Assembly (NCBI GenBank): GCA_030390025.1
Contig: CM059433.1
Coordinates: 31,498,001 to 31,562,000 of the forward strand
DNA from: Squalus acanthias
Taxonomy: Eukaryota
DNA: 64,000 nucleotides
Direction: 5' to 3'
The notes below the pieces were generated by a model. That model was not told the DNA's origin. It did no database searches and saw only the letters and a program-made list of their open reading frames with translations. Position numbers and translations under genes: made by a program. The stretch's first letter is position 1; every line of letters begins with the position of its first letter. Below are positions 12,741 to 26,005 of this stretch, piece after piece.

Positions 12741-13629
12741 TATAAACAAACATTCTTAAATTGCTAACAAACTTCTTTAAAATATACCTAGTAGGAATTT
12801 CCATACTGGGGAGTTTGTAAATATTACGAGGCTCACACAGTTATTGTTCCTATAGTGCTGGCTTTGAAAGCAGCCCAGTTAGTGGCTGCAAGATACTCCG
12901 TGTAAATTGCTAGGCAGTGACGCCAATTGGGAGCATCTGAACAGCAGCTCCAGGTACCTAAGGCCCTTGGAAATAACAGAAATAGAGTTGCCATTTGTCT
13001 GTATTTGTACTGGACAACCCTGTTTTTGAGTGGCCTATCCAAAAATTTCTAACGTGTAAACCAGGCAAAAAAAGTTATTTTATTGCACAGAATTACAGAG
13101 AATCTTACAGCACAGAAAGAGGCCATTTGGCCCAACTGGTATATGCTGGTTTATGTTCCACATGAACCTCCTGCAACCCCTCTTCATCTAACCCTAGCAA
13201 CATATCCTTCTGTACCTTTCTCACTCATGTACACCTAGCTTCCCCTTAAATTCATCTTTACTAATCACATAGAATAATAAACAGAATCTTTTAAAAAGAA
13301 TAATAATTTTTTAACCCATTTACTTGTCTCGCTAATTATTACGATTTTCAATTAATACTGATCAGCGGCAAAACAAAGCTCAGAACTCAAGCCATTGCCC
13401 CAACGGTATCGCTTTTCCTGTCTGATAATAGACTTGCAATTGGTAGTAACATGATAAAAAATTGATAGCTCAAATCATCATAAAATAATTTTTTGCTAAA
13501 TTATTTGATTCATTTTTTTTAAGAAGACCATTATTTCAAGGAAGACCTTGAAGGTGAGGCCATAATAAAGCTTTATTCTAGAATATTCTATATATCTGAG
13601 TTGCAGTGCTCAGTGAATGAATCCTGCAA

Positions 13630-15062
13630 ATTTATGATATACATTAATGACTTGGACTTGGGTATAGAGGGCATAATTTCAAAGTTTGCTGATGATACGA
13701 AACTCGGAAATGTAGTAAAAAATGAGGAGGATAGTAATAGACTTCAGAAGGACATAGACAGACTGGTGAAATGGGCAGACACATGACAGATGAAATTTGG
13801 TAGGAGAATGAGGAGAGGGAATATGAACTAAATGGTACAATTTTAAAGGGGGTGCAGGAACAGAAAGACCTGGGGGTGTATGTACACAAATCTTTGAAGG
13901 TGGCAGGACAAGTTGAGAAGGCTGTTAAAAAAGCAAATGGAATCCTTGGCTTTATAAATAGAGAAGTCGCACAACACCAGGTTATAGTCCAACAGATTTA
14001 TTTAATTTTACAAGCTTTCGGAGCAGTTCGCTCCTTCGTCAGGTAAGTTTAGCAGTGAGAGAATCTCCCAGAATTCACAATTTAAACACAGACAAAATAT
14101 ATTCAAATCTTTCCCACATCAAAGAGCATAGCCAAGACAATGAGATGTGTCCCAGGGGGTCCAACGTGTCAAACCACCTGCTGGCTGCATATCCTGTCAA
14201 TCTGTGTAGGTTCTTGTGTTAGCCTTTTTAAAAAAAAAAACACCTGGGAAGACCGGCCATGATGTCAAGTCACGTTCTGTATCGTGACATGAACCCGATA
14301 TCGCGATTGAGGCCCTCCTCATGAGTGCGGAACTTGGCTATCAGTTTCTGCTCTATGATTTTGCGCTGTCGTGTATTTCGAAGGCCGCCTTGGAGAACGC
14401 TTACCCGCATATCCGAGGCTGAATGCCCCTGGCTGCTGAATTATAAATAGAGGCACAGAGTACATAAGCAAGGAAGTTATGCTAATCCTTTATTAAACAC
14501 TGGTTAAGCCTCAACTGGAGTATTGTGTTCAATTCTAGGCACCACATTTTAGGAAGGATGCCAAGGTCTCGGAGAGGGTGCAGAAGGGATTTACTAGAAC
14601 GGTACTAGGGATCCGGGACTTCAATGATGTGGAGAGACTGGGGAAGCTGGGGTTGTTTTTCTTAGAGCAGAGAAGGTTAAGCAGAGATTTGATAGAGGTG
14701 TTCAAAATCATGAATGGTTTTGGTAGAGCAAGTAAGGAGAAACTGTTTCCAGTGGCAGAAGGGTTGGTAACCAGAGGACACTGATTAAAGGTGATTGGCA
14801 AAAGAACCAGAGGTGACATGAGGAAACATTTTTTACACAGCGAGTTGGTGTGATCTGGAATGCACCGCCTGCAAGGGTGGTGGAAGAAAATTCAATCATA
14901 ACTTTCAAAAGAGAATTAGATAAATACTTGAAAGGGAAACATTTACAGGGCTATGGGGAAAGAGCAGGGGAGTGGGACTAATTGGATAGTTCTACCAAAC
15001 AGCCGGCATAGATATGATGAGCCGAATGGCCTCCTTCTGTGCTGTATCATTCTATGATTCTA
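13630..15062 (+). mobile_element. CR1 LINE 3' portion interrupted by a Penelope element
   Basis: IYINDLD..SKFADDTKLG motif; (attctatg)n tail at ~15050. Confidence 0.88.
13964..14440 (-). mobile_element. Penelope-like retroelement fragment (C-terminus of GIY-YIG endonuclease)
   Basis: Minus strand 14440-14280 reads FSSQGHSASDMRVSVLQGGLRNTRQRKIIEQKLIAKFRTHEEGLNRDIGFMSRY. 12-bp TSD ttataaatagag at 13952-13963 and 14441-14452. Confidence 0.82.
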
Positions 15063-15899
15063 TAATTAAGTTTCTCTTTCGTTAGTTAGTAAATGAGTTC
15101 AGCCTTTACTTTAACGCTTTGAGTGCTTTCTATGATCAGTTTGATCGATAGGAAAACACGCTGAGGTATAGGAAAGTTGCTCACCTTTTGCACATCAGTA
15201 AGACATTTGCACAACTTATTAAAATTCTCCACAGATTTCTATTGATTCTGATGGCAGGTAACTCGACAGATTAATTATGGTCAACATCTATCAGACAATT
15301 CACACATTTGTTCCCAGTGCTAAATAAAACCCAGATATGATCCATCATATTTAGCATACATCATCTCAGTGAGCCTGCTCTAAAGAAAGGCTTTTTGAAG
15401 TGCGGTCACTGTTGTAATGCAGGAAATGCAGCAACCAATTTGCATGCAGCAAGCTCCCACAAACATCAATGTGATAATTGACGTAAGAAAACTACTCGGC
15501 ACTTGGTCTAAGCATTAAACAAAGCTTTAATTAACTGTTTTTCAACATGGAGATCTAGTTGTGTCCTTCACTAGTTCCTGTTAAAGAATGTCCTGAGCAA
15601 GCTGGGCCCATGCCCAAGTATTTATACTCTCCCTGGACAGCGCCACCAGCAGGCCACCCAGTATTATGTCATAGAAACATAGAAACTAGGAGCAGGAGTA
15701 GGCCATTCGGCCCGTCGAGCCTGCTCCACCATTCAATACGATCATGGCTGATCATCCAAATCCAGTACCCTGTCCCTGCTTTCTCACTCAGAATCCCCAC
15801 ATCAAGCCTGCACCTATCCCACCCTATCCCCGTAACCCCACGTATTTAATTCCCCCTAACATATCCCATCCTATCCCCATAACCCCACATATTTAATCC

Positions 15900-16112
15900 C
15901 CCCCTAACACTAAGGGTCAATTTATCATAGCCAAATCAACCTAACCCGCACATTTTTGGACTGTGGGAGGAAACCGGAGCACCCGGAGGAAACCCACGCA
16001 GACACGGGGAGAATGTGCAAACTCCACACAGACAGTCACCCGAGGCCAGATTCGAACCCGGGTCCCTGGCGCTGTGAAGCACCAGTGCTAACCACTATGC
16101 CACCGTGTTGCC
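15900..16112 (-). mobile_element. tRNA-derived V-core SINE (HE1-like)
   Basis: ggactgtgggaggaaaccggagcacccggaggaaacccacgcagacacggggagaa V-domain motif; box B complement ttcgaacc. Confidence 0.8.
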
Positions 16113-16412
16113 CATTAGATAAATACTTGAAAGGGAAACATTTACAGGGCTATGGGGAAAGAGCATGTCAATAATGACCAGATAATTTGTTTTTTTATGA
16201 TGTTGGTTGAGGGATGAATATTGAGCAGGACACCAGGGAGAACTCCCCCTGCTTTTCTTCAAAATAGTGCCTTAGGATCTTTTAAGTCCACCGGAGAGGG
16301 CTCATCTGAAAAACAGCACCTCTGACAGTGCGGCACTCGCTCAGTACTAGAGTGTCAGCCAGGAATTTTGTGCTCAAGTCTCTGGAGTGGGACTTGAAAC
16401 CACAACGTACTA

Positions 16413-16444
<32 letters not shown>

Positions 16445-16457
16445 CAGCTGACACTAA

Positions 16458-17423
16458 GGAGGAAAAATTGGGTTGGTTTGCGCCTCTCATTAGCGCCACC
16501 AGGGGTGCTAATGGGGCGCAAATCCCCTAACGCCCGAGTGTGGCGCCGCTAATGCCTCCCCCAAAATTCAGCAGGGAGGTTAATGGCGGCAGTAGCCGGT
16601 AGCGCCCCATGCCGTTGAGCCGCCGGCAATGACGTAATCGGCATGTGCAGCGCCCCGCTTGCGCCCCCTGACCTATCGCCGCACGATATGTGCGACAGGA
16701 TCAGGGGGCGGTTTGGCAGTGGCTGCGGTGCAAGTTAAAGGGCAGGTGTCGGGCGGCCATTTTTATTTCGGACGACTGCCAGCACCTGCCCCCTTTCGCT
16801 TTTGTATGCGGGGTGCCGGCCTCTTGAGTGCTGTTTTCACGGCACCTCCCTCCCCAGTGGTCCGGCAAGGCCCCGGTGCACGCAGCGCTAGGCCCCTCCC
16901 CTTTAATCAGGGGAGGAGGCCTACAATACCGCGGCACTACGTGCCAACATGTGTGGCGCTGCTGCAGTTAGTGCCGTGAAATTCAGTAGTAGCGCCCCAA
17001 GCAGGAGGTGGAGCGCTTTCCAGTAGTGCCCCACCTCCTGCTTGGGGCGCTACTACTGAATTTTGCAGCGGCACGTAGAGGAGTGCCGGGCTGAGCGATC
17101 GCGGCCGGCACCCCGCATACAAATGTGAAAGGGGGCAGGTGCTGGCAGTCGGCCAAAATTAAAAATGGCCACCCGACACCTGCCCTTTAAGTAGCGCCGC
17201 CACCGCTGCCAAACCGCCCCCTGATCCTGTCGCACATATCGTCTGCCGATAGGTCAGGGGGCGCAAGGAAAGTTTGCGGCCGGGGCTACCGGCTACCGCT
17301 AACCTCCCGCTGAATTTTGTGGGAGGCGTTAGCGGCGCTGCGCCTGGGCGCTAGTGGATTTGCACCCCATTAGCGCCCCCCGGGGCGCTAACAAGAGGTG
17401 CAAACCAACCCAATTTTTCCCCC
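16458..17423. mobile_element. Foldback/palindromic MITE (PIF/Harbinger-like termini)
   Basis: ggaggaaaaattgggttggtttgc... pairs with ...gcaaaccaacccaatttttccccc; inner segments are also inverted (16670-16830 vs 17100-17265; 16978-17010 vs 17030-17063). Confidence 0.85.
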
Positions 17424-18361
17424 TTTATTTCTACACTAGGCTGTCTCACTCATGGTGCTTAGCTTTTGGGCCAAAAGATAATGTAACTTTACTCATCAAA
17501 CAACCAATGTGAATTCAGCAAATCGAAGAGTCATTACACTAACATTATAAGATTACATTACCACAAATATTAGTAATGACCATCATCTGAGCCATATTTC
17601 ACTCCTGAAATAGTTTATCTGTGTAATTCTACATGACACTACCTCATTTAGTGAAAGCATTAAACCCACAAGTCAACTCAAAAGATAAAATGAATTAGAA
17701 TAAATTTAATATAAAATAAATGAAAGTAGAGATTGTTTTTGTCATTATTATGACAGCTGTTTCAAAGACCATTTAAAACCTTATGGTTATCCATGAATAA
17801 TATACTCCGCTCAGTATTTCAAGGCTGCATTCCTCCCAGTAAATATTATTTTGCTAATTTAACATGTTCCTCAAGGATTCTAAACCACAAAACAATTGCT
17901 TCAATTTGTAGCCAATTATACTTTATTCCCTATTTTCTCTTTCCTCCCTTTTCAGTTCCCCAATTTTTTTAATGACTGAGAGAATGGACAAGTATTCCAG
18001 GCATTTCCAATTAACATGTTCCAGATCCTTGCAATTCACTTGTTCCAGGTCCATGAAATTAACATGTTCCCCTTTGCCCCCCCTTACACTATTCAATCAT
18101 GTTCAATGTATTTATGATTTCACTAGAAATAGAGAACAGAGGAAATCTTATCGCTAGGTGAGATACAAGGACAAATTTTACAAATTTTCACTCCCAGCGC
18201 AAAGCTTCACAGAGAAGGAATGGACATCGGGAATTCAGGCACGTGGAGGCCAACAGGCTCGGCAAAAATCCTGTGGGACCAGCTGACCTCTGCCCTTGAA
18301 TTCCCAGCAAGCTTTCCCAGCATGCAAAGCTCTGCGCTACATCAATCCTACAACTGATATT

Positions 18362-21022
18362 GGCCCTGAATTTGCGGTCGGTATGCCAGCGTACTCTCAG
18401 AGTATGCAGTCATACCGCCTTTGAAATTGACCGCAAATTCGGGAATTCTGCCTGCGCTAAATCCCAAACTTGCGATCTGTCAAGTTCCGGCTGCACATCG
18501 GCTTCACCGCACATTTCACCTCCTCATTCAAACCAACGTACTGGCGAAAAGTTGGGCTAATTGTCCACCTACTGCACATTAATAATGCCTGAAAATGTTT
18601 ACGTCTGGTGCAAACAGGCACAGAAGCCTGTTGCACAACATAAGGGGAGGGGGGGGGGCAATGAGAAAATTGTATTACTTTATGCGACAGCCCATAACAA
18701 TAAGGCACTGCTTCATGTCTGAGCGGGTACAAGCGTTGAAAGAAACTTGGGGGGAGAAATTCGGCATGTCAGCACCCCCAGTTAGCGACTGGTGGGGGCG
18801 CTATTGGGGCGCTCAGCCAGTAGCGCCGCGGCCGGGGCAAATCCCATGCCCCACGGCAAATTTGCCAGCCCCGTAGCACCGGTGATAACAGTTAGCGCCT
18901 CGGCACCTTTCGCCATGCAGATCATGACATCAGCGAGTGTGCAACGCTCGCTGGCCGCCCGATCTGCAAACTTCAGTCGCGCCCCCCCACCTTACCGCCT
19001 CGCGCCGACAGCGCCAGGGAACGGAGGCGTGAACCAGCCAGCTGGCGGCTGGCGGGCTGCTACTTAAAGGCTTAAAGTGATGCGCCCCAGCTGTCAAGGA
19101 ACTTCCGTTCCAAAGGTCAGTTAGGAGTGGCAGAGAGCGCAGGATGTATCTGCAGCCAAATAAAGGCTGATTAGTCCCCAGAGTGTTGCGGGCAATCAAA
19201 CGACTTTGCATTTTATCCCAAAGTTTAACGCCGTTCTGCACTCCCCAAATCATTGGGGGCTGGTGTGCAGATTCCAGTGACCCTCCCCTTTAATGGCTGG
19301 AAGGCGCCTGCACCAATGCTCACTCCCGATTACACAACACCTCATATTCGTTATCGCTTGGAGCCTAACCTATGCCATTAGCGCCTGATTTAGCGTGCCC
19401 CTGCATTCTTTGAGCACTGAGACTGAATTTAGCAGGCAGCAAGATTAATTAGCACCTGGCGCTAAACTTCCAACTTCTCAAAAGTTAGCGTCCCAAACGG
19501 GACAATACCAAATTTCTCGTCCCTGCATTTGTTCGAGTTTGAAAACAGGGCCTTTTTGTGTCACCGTCTTTGCTGCCTAAAAGCCTTTTGTAGTTTCGGT
19601 TTAATTATTTCCCAACTTCTATTTAGATAGGATTTAATTCACTTTCATGATTTCGTCTTGACTTTAGATTATTTAAATTAATCAAAAGTTAGTTAGTCTA
19701 ATAGAGGAGAAACAAATTCGCTGGGACTATGGGTTGGATTTTGCCAATGGGGAGCTTTTGGAGGCAGGACTCCCACTTGTCGAGTTTTAGTCCCGCCTCC
19801 ATCAACCTCTGGCCAACCCACGCTATTTTCCCAGCAGGCTTAGCAGGCCAATTAAGGGGATGCCGGTTACAGAGAACGTCAGCGTATGACAGACGAATTG
19901 TCATCGTTTGATAGCTCTGTGAAACTGTTAAACACTGACATTCTCTGTAATTTGATGAGTTCTTGAATTTGCAGAAATTAGATGGTTGTCGCATTGGAGA
20001 ATGCAGCAGCCATCTGTCATCTCTGCCGGTGAGATGCGAGACTCTCCGCATCCCCAACGATTGAAGCCTGCAGGAAGAAACAAAGGTAACTAAACTTTTT
20101 CTAACACTTTCCACTTACCTCACATACTCACCTCTCCACAAGCACCCATCACTTATCTTCACAGTGCACTTTTGCACCCCTCCCACCCCCGCAGACCCAC
20201 TACTCGCCTCAGTAACCCTGGCGGGGTTCGCAGCCTTCGGGAAGCCTGCACTTGTTTGAGTAAAATGGGGATAATCCTCTTTTCTGCCTGTTAACTACCT
20301 GTTAACAGGCAGTTAAGTGGCTGTAATCCCCTTCCTGCCTCCAGGAGACGGGACCCGGCGCAGGTCGGCTACCCGCCTCCTGGGAAGATGGCACGGAGGC
20401 GGGTTGGGGGCAGGATTGGCACCCGCCCCCAGATTCTGCCATTTTCCCGGCAGTCCCGCCTCCAAATCTGCCTCCCCAGGGCTGGCAAGGTCGCACCCTA
20501 TGAGACTCTAATTATAGGTTTATGTTGTCATGGCCCAGAATTAAAGGGCCGATATTAATTCAGCTGCATGCTTTGTATAAAAAGCATCCTAATCGGGTTT
20601 TATGGTTTAAAGGACACCTTCGTTAAAAAGAATCTCAAGACTTTTCAGTGTTTGATCGAATTCTATTAATGTTAAAATCTTGGTTTGTGTATTAAATACT
20701 ATTGCAATGATTGTAATTTATTAATAAAATAGCATTTCTGGCTGCTAAATTATTTTAAATGAGTTGCAGGCAAATCAGCAATCTGCTCTGTTTCCTGATT
20801 GGCTGAGAGTCAGGAAGTGAAAGGAGCACTGCCCCACGTGATCCCAGGTTTGCATACGCACAACGGTGCGCCCCTGGGATCCGTGGGGCACTACGCTGCG
20901 CACAACTCCGCAACATTTGAAAGCAACTTTTCGAAGGGGGGTTCGCACAAAGTAAGTGCGGATTTCGTTCGGATGCCGGCGGTGTACCCCTCAGCTATCC
21001 CACCGACCGCGAATTCAGGGCC
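18362..21022. mobile_element. Non-autonomous Harbinger-type element containing two nested MITEs
   Basis: TIR ggccctgaatttgcggtcgg ... ccgaccgcgaattcagggcc; nested elements at ~18749-19523 and 19731-20498. Confidence 0.75.
19731..20498. mobile_element. Harbinger-type MITE
   Basis: GGG...CCC ends with 3-bp TSD TAT on both sides; homologous (reverse complement) to 58235-59850. Confidence 0.8.
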
Positions 21023-21086
21023 AATATACACCTGCTACCTTGATCCCTTTTCACCTCACTGTAATTAAGAGACTAAGCTGGCTTAC

Positions 21087-21220
21087 ATTTCCAGAACATG
21101 GTGCGAGGCAGACGTACTCCAAGCCGATCGGACGATCCACGCACTGCAATTCCCTCGGGCAGGTGGCGTTTAGCATTGTACATGCATCTGAATCTACTTC
21201 GCAATTCTTGCCTTCAAATC
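21087..21220 (-). CDS. EYS: EGF-like exon of eyes shut homolog
   Basis: tttcttgcag|GA TTT GAA... (G)FEGKNCEVDSDACTMLNATCPRELQCVDRPIGLEYVCLAPCSGN|gtaagc; 134 nt, phase 1 to phase 0. Aligns by eye to human EYS 'GSEGEKCQGVIDAYFFLAANC...V..P......C..P..G' as recalled. Confidence 0.88.
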
Positions 21221-21589
21221 CTGCAAGAAATGAAATGTCAGGAAATGTGAAAGTATAGTAGAATGGCAATTCACTGAGGAGAATTCAACAGCAGTAACTA
21301 GCATTTAATATACCCGGTAGAGATTAATTACATCATTTTACAAATCAATGTTAGAACTCATGCAAAATTTAACCTTTGCTGACATTTGAATAGATTTTGA
21401 GTGCACTTACATTTTGCTGTGTTTTTTTTGTATCATTGAGAAACCTTAGTGACAGGCCAAGTGCAGGGTGTTGCCCATGTGGAAAGGAGCGGGGGAAAGA
21501 CAAGGATAATTCCCAAATAATGGTCTGGGGAGTGCCAGATTGGTGCTTTCTGTCTCCAATGCAATGTCAATGCAATTCCTAAAATGTAG

Positions 21590-22815
21590 TTGTCAGGTAC
21601 AAAAAAATAATCAAAAAGGCTAATGGTTTGTTAGCCTTTATTACTGGAGGGCCAGAATATAACAGGACGATGTTTTGCTACAGCTGTCCAAAGCCCTGGT
21701 TAGACAACATATGGAGTACTGTGCACAGTTCTCAGCATCGCAATTTAGAAAGGATATACTGGCCTTGCAAGGATTGCAGCACAGATTCACCAGAATGTTA
21801 CCAGGGCTCCAAGGATTAAATTATGAGGAATTTATAAACTAGACTTGTATTCTCTGGAATATAGGTTAAGGGGTGATTTGATTGAGGTTTTTTGGATTTT
21901 GAAAGGAATTGATAGGGTCGATAGGGAGAAACTTTTTCCGCTGGAGTGGGAGTCTAGTACAAGGGGCATGACCATAAAATCAGAGCCAGGCCATTCAGAA
22001 GAGAAGTTAGGAAACACATCGTCAGACAAGGGTGGTAGAAGTGTGGAACTCTCTCCCACAAAAAGCAGTAGATGCTAGCTCAATTAATACTTTTAAATCT
22101 GAGCTCGATAAGATTTTTTCTAGACAAGAGTATAAAAGGATATGGAGCCGAGTCGGGTGGATGGGGTTAAGATACAGGTTACTGATTGGCGGAACAGGTT
22201 CGAGCTGCTGAATGGCCTACTCCTGTTCCTATGTTCCTAATCAATGCTACATGTTATGTTACAGTTATATAAAGCTCTGGTTAGATCCCATTTAGAGTAC
22301 TGCATTCAGTTCTGGGCACCGCACCTCAGCAAGGATATATTGGCCTTGGAGGGGGTGCAGCTCAGATTCACCAGAATGATACTGGGGCTAAAAGGGTTAA
22401 TTTATGGAGTCAGGTTGCATGGGCTAGACTTGTCTTCCCTCAACTATAGAAGGTTAAGGGGTGATCTAATTGAAGTGTTCAAGATGATTAAAGGATTTGA
22501 TAGGGTAGCTAGAGAGAAACTATTCCCTCTGGTGGGGGCTTAACCTTAAAATTAGAGCTAGGCCGCTCAGGGGTGATATCAGGAAGCACTTCTTCACACA
22601 AAGGGGAGTGGAAATCTGGAATTCTCTCCCATAAAAACCTGGTGGTCAATTGAAAATTTCAAAACAGAATGTTAGATTTTTGTTAGGCAAGGGTATTAAG
22701 GGTTACGGAATCAAGGCGGGCAGATGGAGTTAAGATACAGATCAGCCACGGTCTCATTGAATGGTGGAACAGACTCGAGGGGATGAATGTCCTACTCCTG
22801 TTCCCAAGTTCCTAA
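21590..22815 (+). mobile_element. Two tandem CR1 3' fragments
   Basis: LEY.RLRGDLIEVF.I.KG.DRV motif twice, each followed by a gttcctatgttcct-type tail. Confidence 0.85.
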
Positions 22816-22871
22816 GATGTCCAAAAAATATTCCCGGGTCACTCTCTAGATGTTGTAAGCCTAAAAATTGT

Positions 22872-25030
22872 GCTAAATGGGATAGATTCAGAATAGATCT
22901 AGCAACTCAAAACTAGGCATCCATGAAGCGTTGTGGGCCATCAGCAGCAGCAGAATTGTATTCCACCACAATCAGTAACCTCATGGCCTGGCACATCCCT
23001 CACTGTACCATTACCATCAAACCAAGGGATCAACCCTGGTTCAATGAGGAGTGTGAAAGATCATACCAGGAGCAGCACCAGGCATACCTAAAAATGAGGT
23101 GCCAACCTGGGGATGCTGCAAGACAGGACTACATGCATGCTAAACAGCGGAAGTAGTATACTATAGAGAGAGCTAAGCGATCCCACAACCAACGGATCAG
23201 ATCAAAGCTCTGCTGTCCTGCCACATCCAGTTGTGAATGGTGCTGGACAATGAAACAACTAACGGCAGAAGGAAACTCCATAAACATCCCCATCCTCAAT
23301 AATGGCGGAGCCTAGCACGTGAGTGCAAAAGACAAGGCTGAAGCATTTGCAAGCATCTTCAACCAGAAGTGCCGAGTGGATGATCCATCTCGGCCTCCTA
23401 CTGAGGTCCCCACCATCACAGAAGCCAGTCTCCAGCCAATTAGATTCACTCCACGTGATATCAAGAAACGGCTGAACGCACTGGATACAGCAAAGGCTAT
23501 GGGCGCCAACAACATCCCGGCTGTTGTGCTGAAAACTTGTGCTCCAGAACTAGCCGTGCCACTAGCCAAGCTGTTTCAATAGAGTTACAACACTGGCATC
23601 TACCTGACAATGTGGAAAACTGCCCAGGTATGTCCTGTCCACAAAAAGCAGGACAAATCCAATACGGCCAATTACCGCCCCATCAGTCTACTCTCAATCA
23701 TCAGCAAAGTGATGGAAGGTGTCGTCGACAGTGCTATCAAGCAGCACTTACTCACCAATAACCGGCTCACCAATGCTCAGTTTGGGTTCTGACATGACCA
23801 CTCGGCTCCAGATCTCATTACAGCCTTGGTCCAAACATGGACAAAAGAGCTGAATTCCAGAGGTGAGGTAAGAGTGATTGCCCTTGACATCAAGGCAGCA
23901 TTTAACTGAGTGTGGCATCAAGGAGCCCTAGTAAAATTGAAGTCAATGGGAATCAGGGGGAAAAATCTTTACTGGCTGGAGTCATACCTAGCACAAAGGA
24001 AGATGGTTATGGTTGTTTGGAGACCCCAGGACATCACTGCAGTAATTCCACAGGCCAGTGTCCCAGGCCCAACCATCTTCAGCTGCTTCATCAATGACCT
24101 TCCCTCCATTATAAGGTCAGAAGTGGGGATGTTCGCTGATAATTACACAGTTTAGTTCCATTCGCAACTCCTCAGATAATGAAGCAGTCCATGCCCGCAT
24201 GCAGCAAGACCTGGACGACATTCAGGCTTGGGCTGAGAAGTGGCAAGTAACATTCCTGCCATACAAGTGCCAGGCAATGACTATCTCCAACAAGAGAGTC
24301 TAACCACCGCCCCTTGACATTCAACGGCATTACCATTGCCAAATCCCCCACCATCAACATCCTGGGGGTCACCATTGACCAGAAACTTAACTGGACCAGC
24401 CACATAAATACTGTGGCTACAAGCACAGGTCAGAGGCTGGGTATTCTGCAGTGAGTGTCTCACCTCCTGACTCCCCAAAGCCTTTGCACCATCTACAAGG
24501 CACAAGTCAGTAGTGTGATGGAATACTCTTCCCCTACCTGGTTGAGTGTATCTCCAACAACACTCAAGAAGCTCGACACCATCCAGAACAAAGCAGCCCG
24601 CTTGGCACCCCATCCAACACCTTAAACATTTACTCCCTCCACCACCGGCGTACCGTGGTTGCAGTGTGTACCATCTACATGATGCACTGCAGCAACACAC
24701 CAAGGGTTTTTTGACAGCACGTCCCAAACCCGCGACCTCTACCACCTAGAAGGACAAGGGCAGCAGGCACATGGGAACACCATCACCTCCAAGCTCCCCT
24801 CCAAGTCACACACCATCCTGATTTGGAAGTATAACTCCGATCCTTCATCATCACTGGGTCAAAATCCTGGAACTCCCTCCCTAACAGCACTGTGGGAGTA
24901 CCATCACCACACGGACTGCAGTGGTTCAAGAAGGCGGCTCACCACTACCTTCTCATGGGCAATTAGGGATGGGCAATAAATGCTGGTCTTGCCAGCAACG
25001 CCCACATCCCAGGAACACATAACAAAAAAA
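22872..25030 (+). mobile_element. CR1-clade LINE, second family (degenerate ORF2, 5' truncated)
   Basis: NYRPISLLSIISKVME, WHQGALVKLKSMGI, CFINDLP..MFAD motifs; tail aattagggatgggcaataaatgctgg. Confidence 0.9.
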
Positions 25031-25257
25031 TTACAGTTGGTGATCGTGGTGGAGAAATACCTAACACATCGCTGGGATATTCTGTTTATTTTGAATTGGT
25101 TGCCGCCTCTATTAAAATCATAGACAGAAGAATGCGATGCAAATGTTTCCATATCGCACATCATAATTTCTAGGCTACAGTTTGGAACATCCAGAACTTT
25201 TGGAAATTGGGATAAAATGCCATAAGGCTACAGACTTTAAAAAGGTAATTGGATATA

Positions 25258-25720
25258 TGCATAGAATTACATAGGATATACAGCACAGAAGCAGGTCATT
25301 CGGCCCAACCAGTCCATGCCGGCATTTATACTCCACTCGAGCCTCCTCCCGTCTTTCCTCATCTAACTCTATCAGCATAACCCTCTATTCCCTTCTCCCT
25401 CATATGCTTATCTCGCCTCCCCTTAAATGTATCAATACGATTCGCATCAACCACTCCCTGTGGTAGCAAGGTCCACATTCTCACCACTCTCTGGATAAAG
25501 AAGTTTCTTCTGAATTCCCTATTTTCTTGGTGAAAATATTGATGGCCTCTAGTTTTGCTCTTCCCCACAAGTGGAAACACTCTCTGTCTACTCTATCAAA
25601 ACCTTTCATAACTTTAAAGACCTCTATTAGTTCAACCCTCAGCCTTCTCTTTTCAAGAGCAAAGAGACCCAGCCTGTTCATCCTTTCCTGATAGGTATAA
25701 CCTTGCAGTTCTGGTATCAT
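25258..25720 (-). mobile_element. CR1 3' fragment
   Basis: LEKRRLR..LIEVFKVMKGFDRV; RNFFIQRVVRMW. Confidence 0.85.
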
Positions 25721-26005
25721 ATACTTGAAAAGGAAAAATATGCGGGTTTATGTGGAAAGAGTAGGGGAGTAAGACTATTTGCATATCTCTTTCAAAGAGC
25801 TGGCGCAGGCACGATGGGCCGAATGGCCTCCGTCTGTGCTATATGATTCATGAATCTAGGTCATCACCCCGTCAAAATGTGATCGAGCTGAAACCCTTAC
25901 GACAACTACCTTAAGAATGATAGCTTGTGGCGTGCTGCTGTTTTTATGTGCCCACACGGCTTACCTCCCAAAACAGCTCAAGGTGCATTATATAGTGCTT
26001 GGGCT

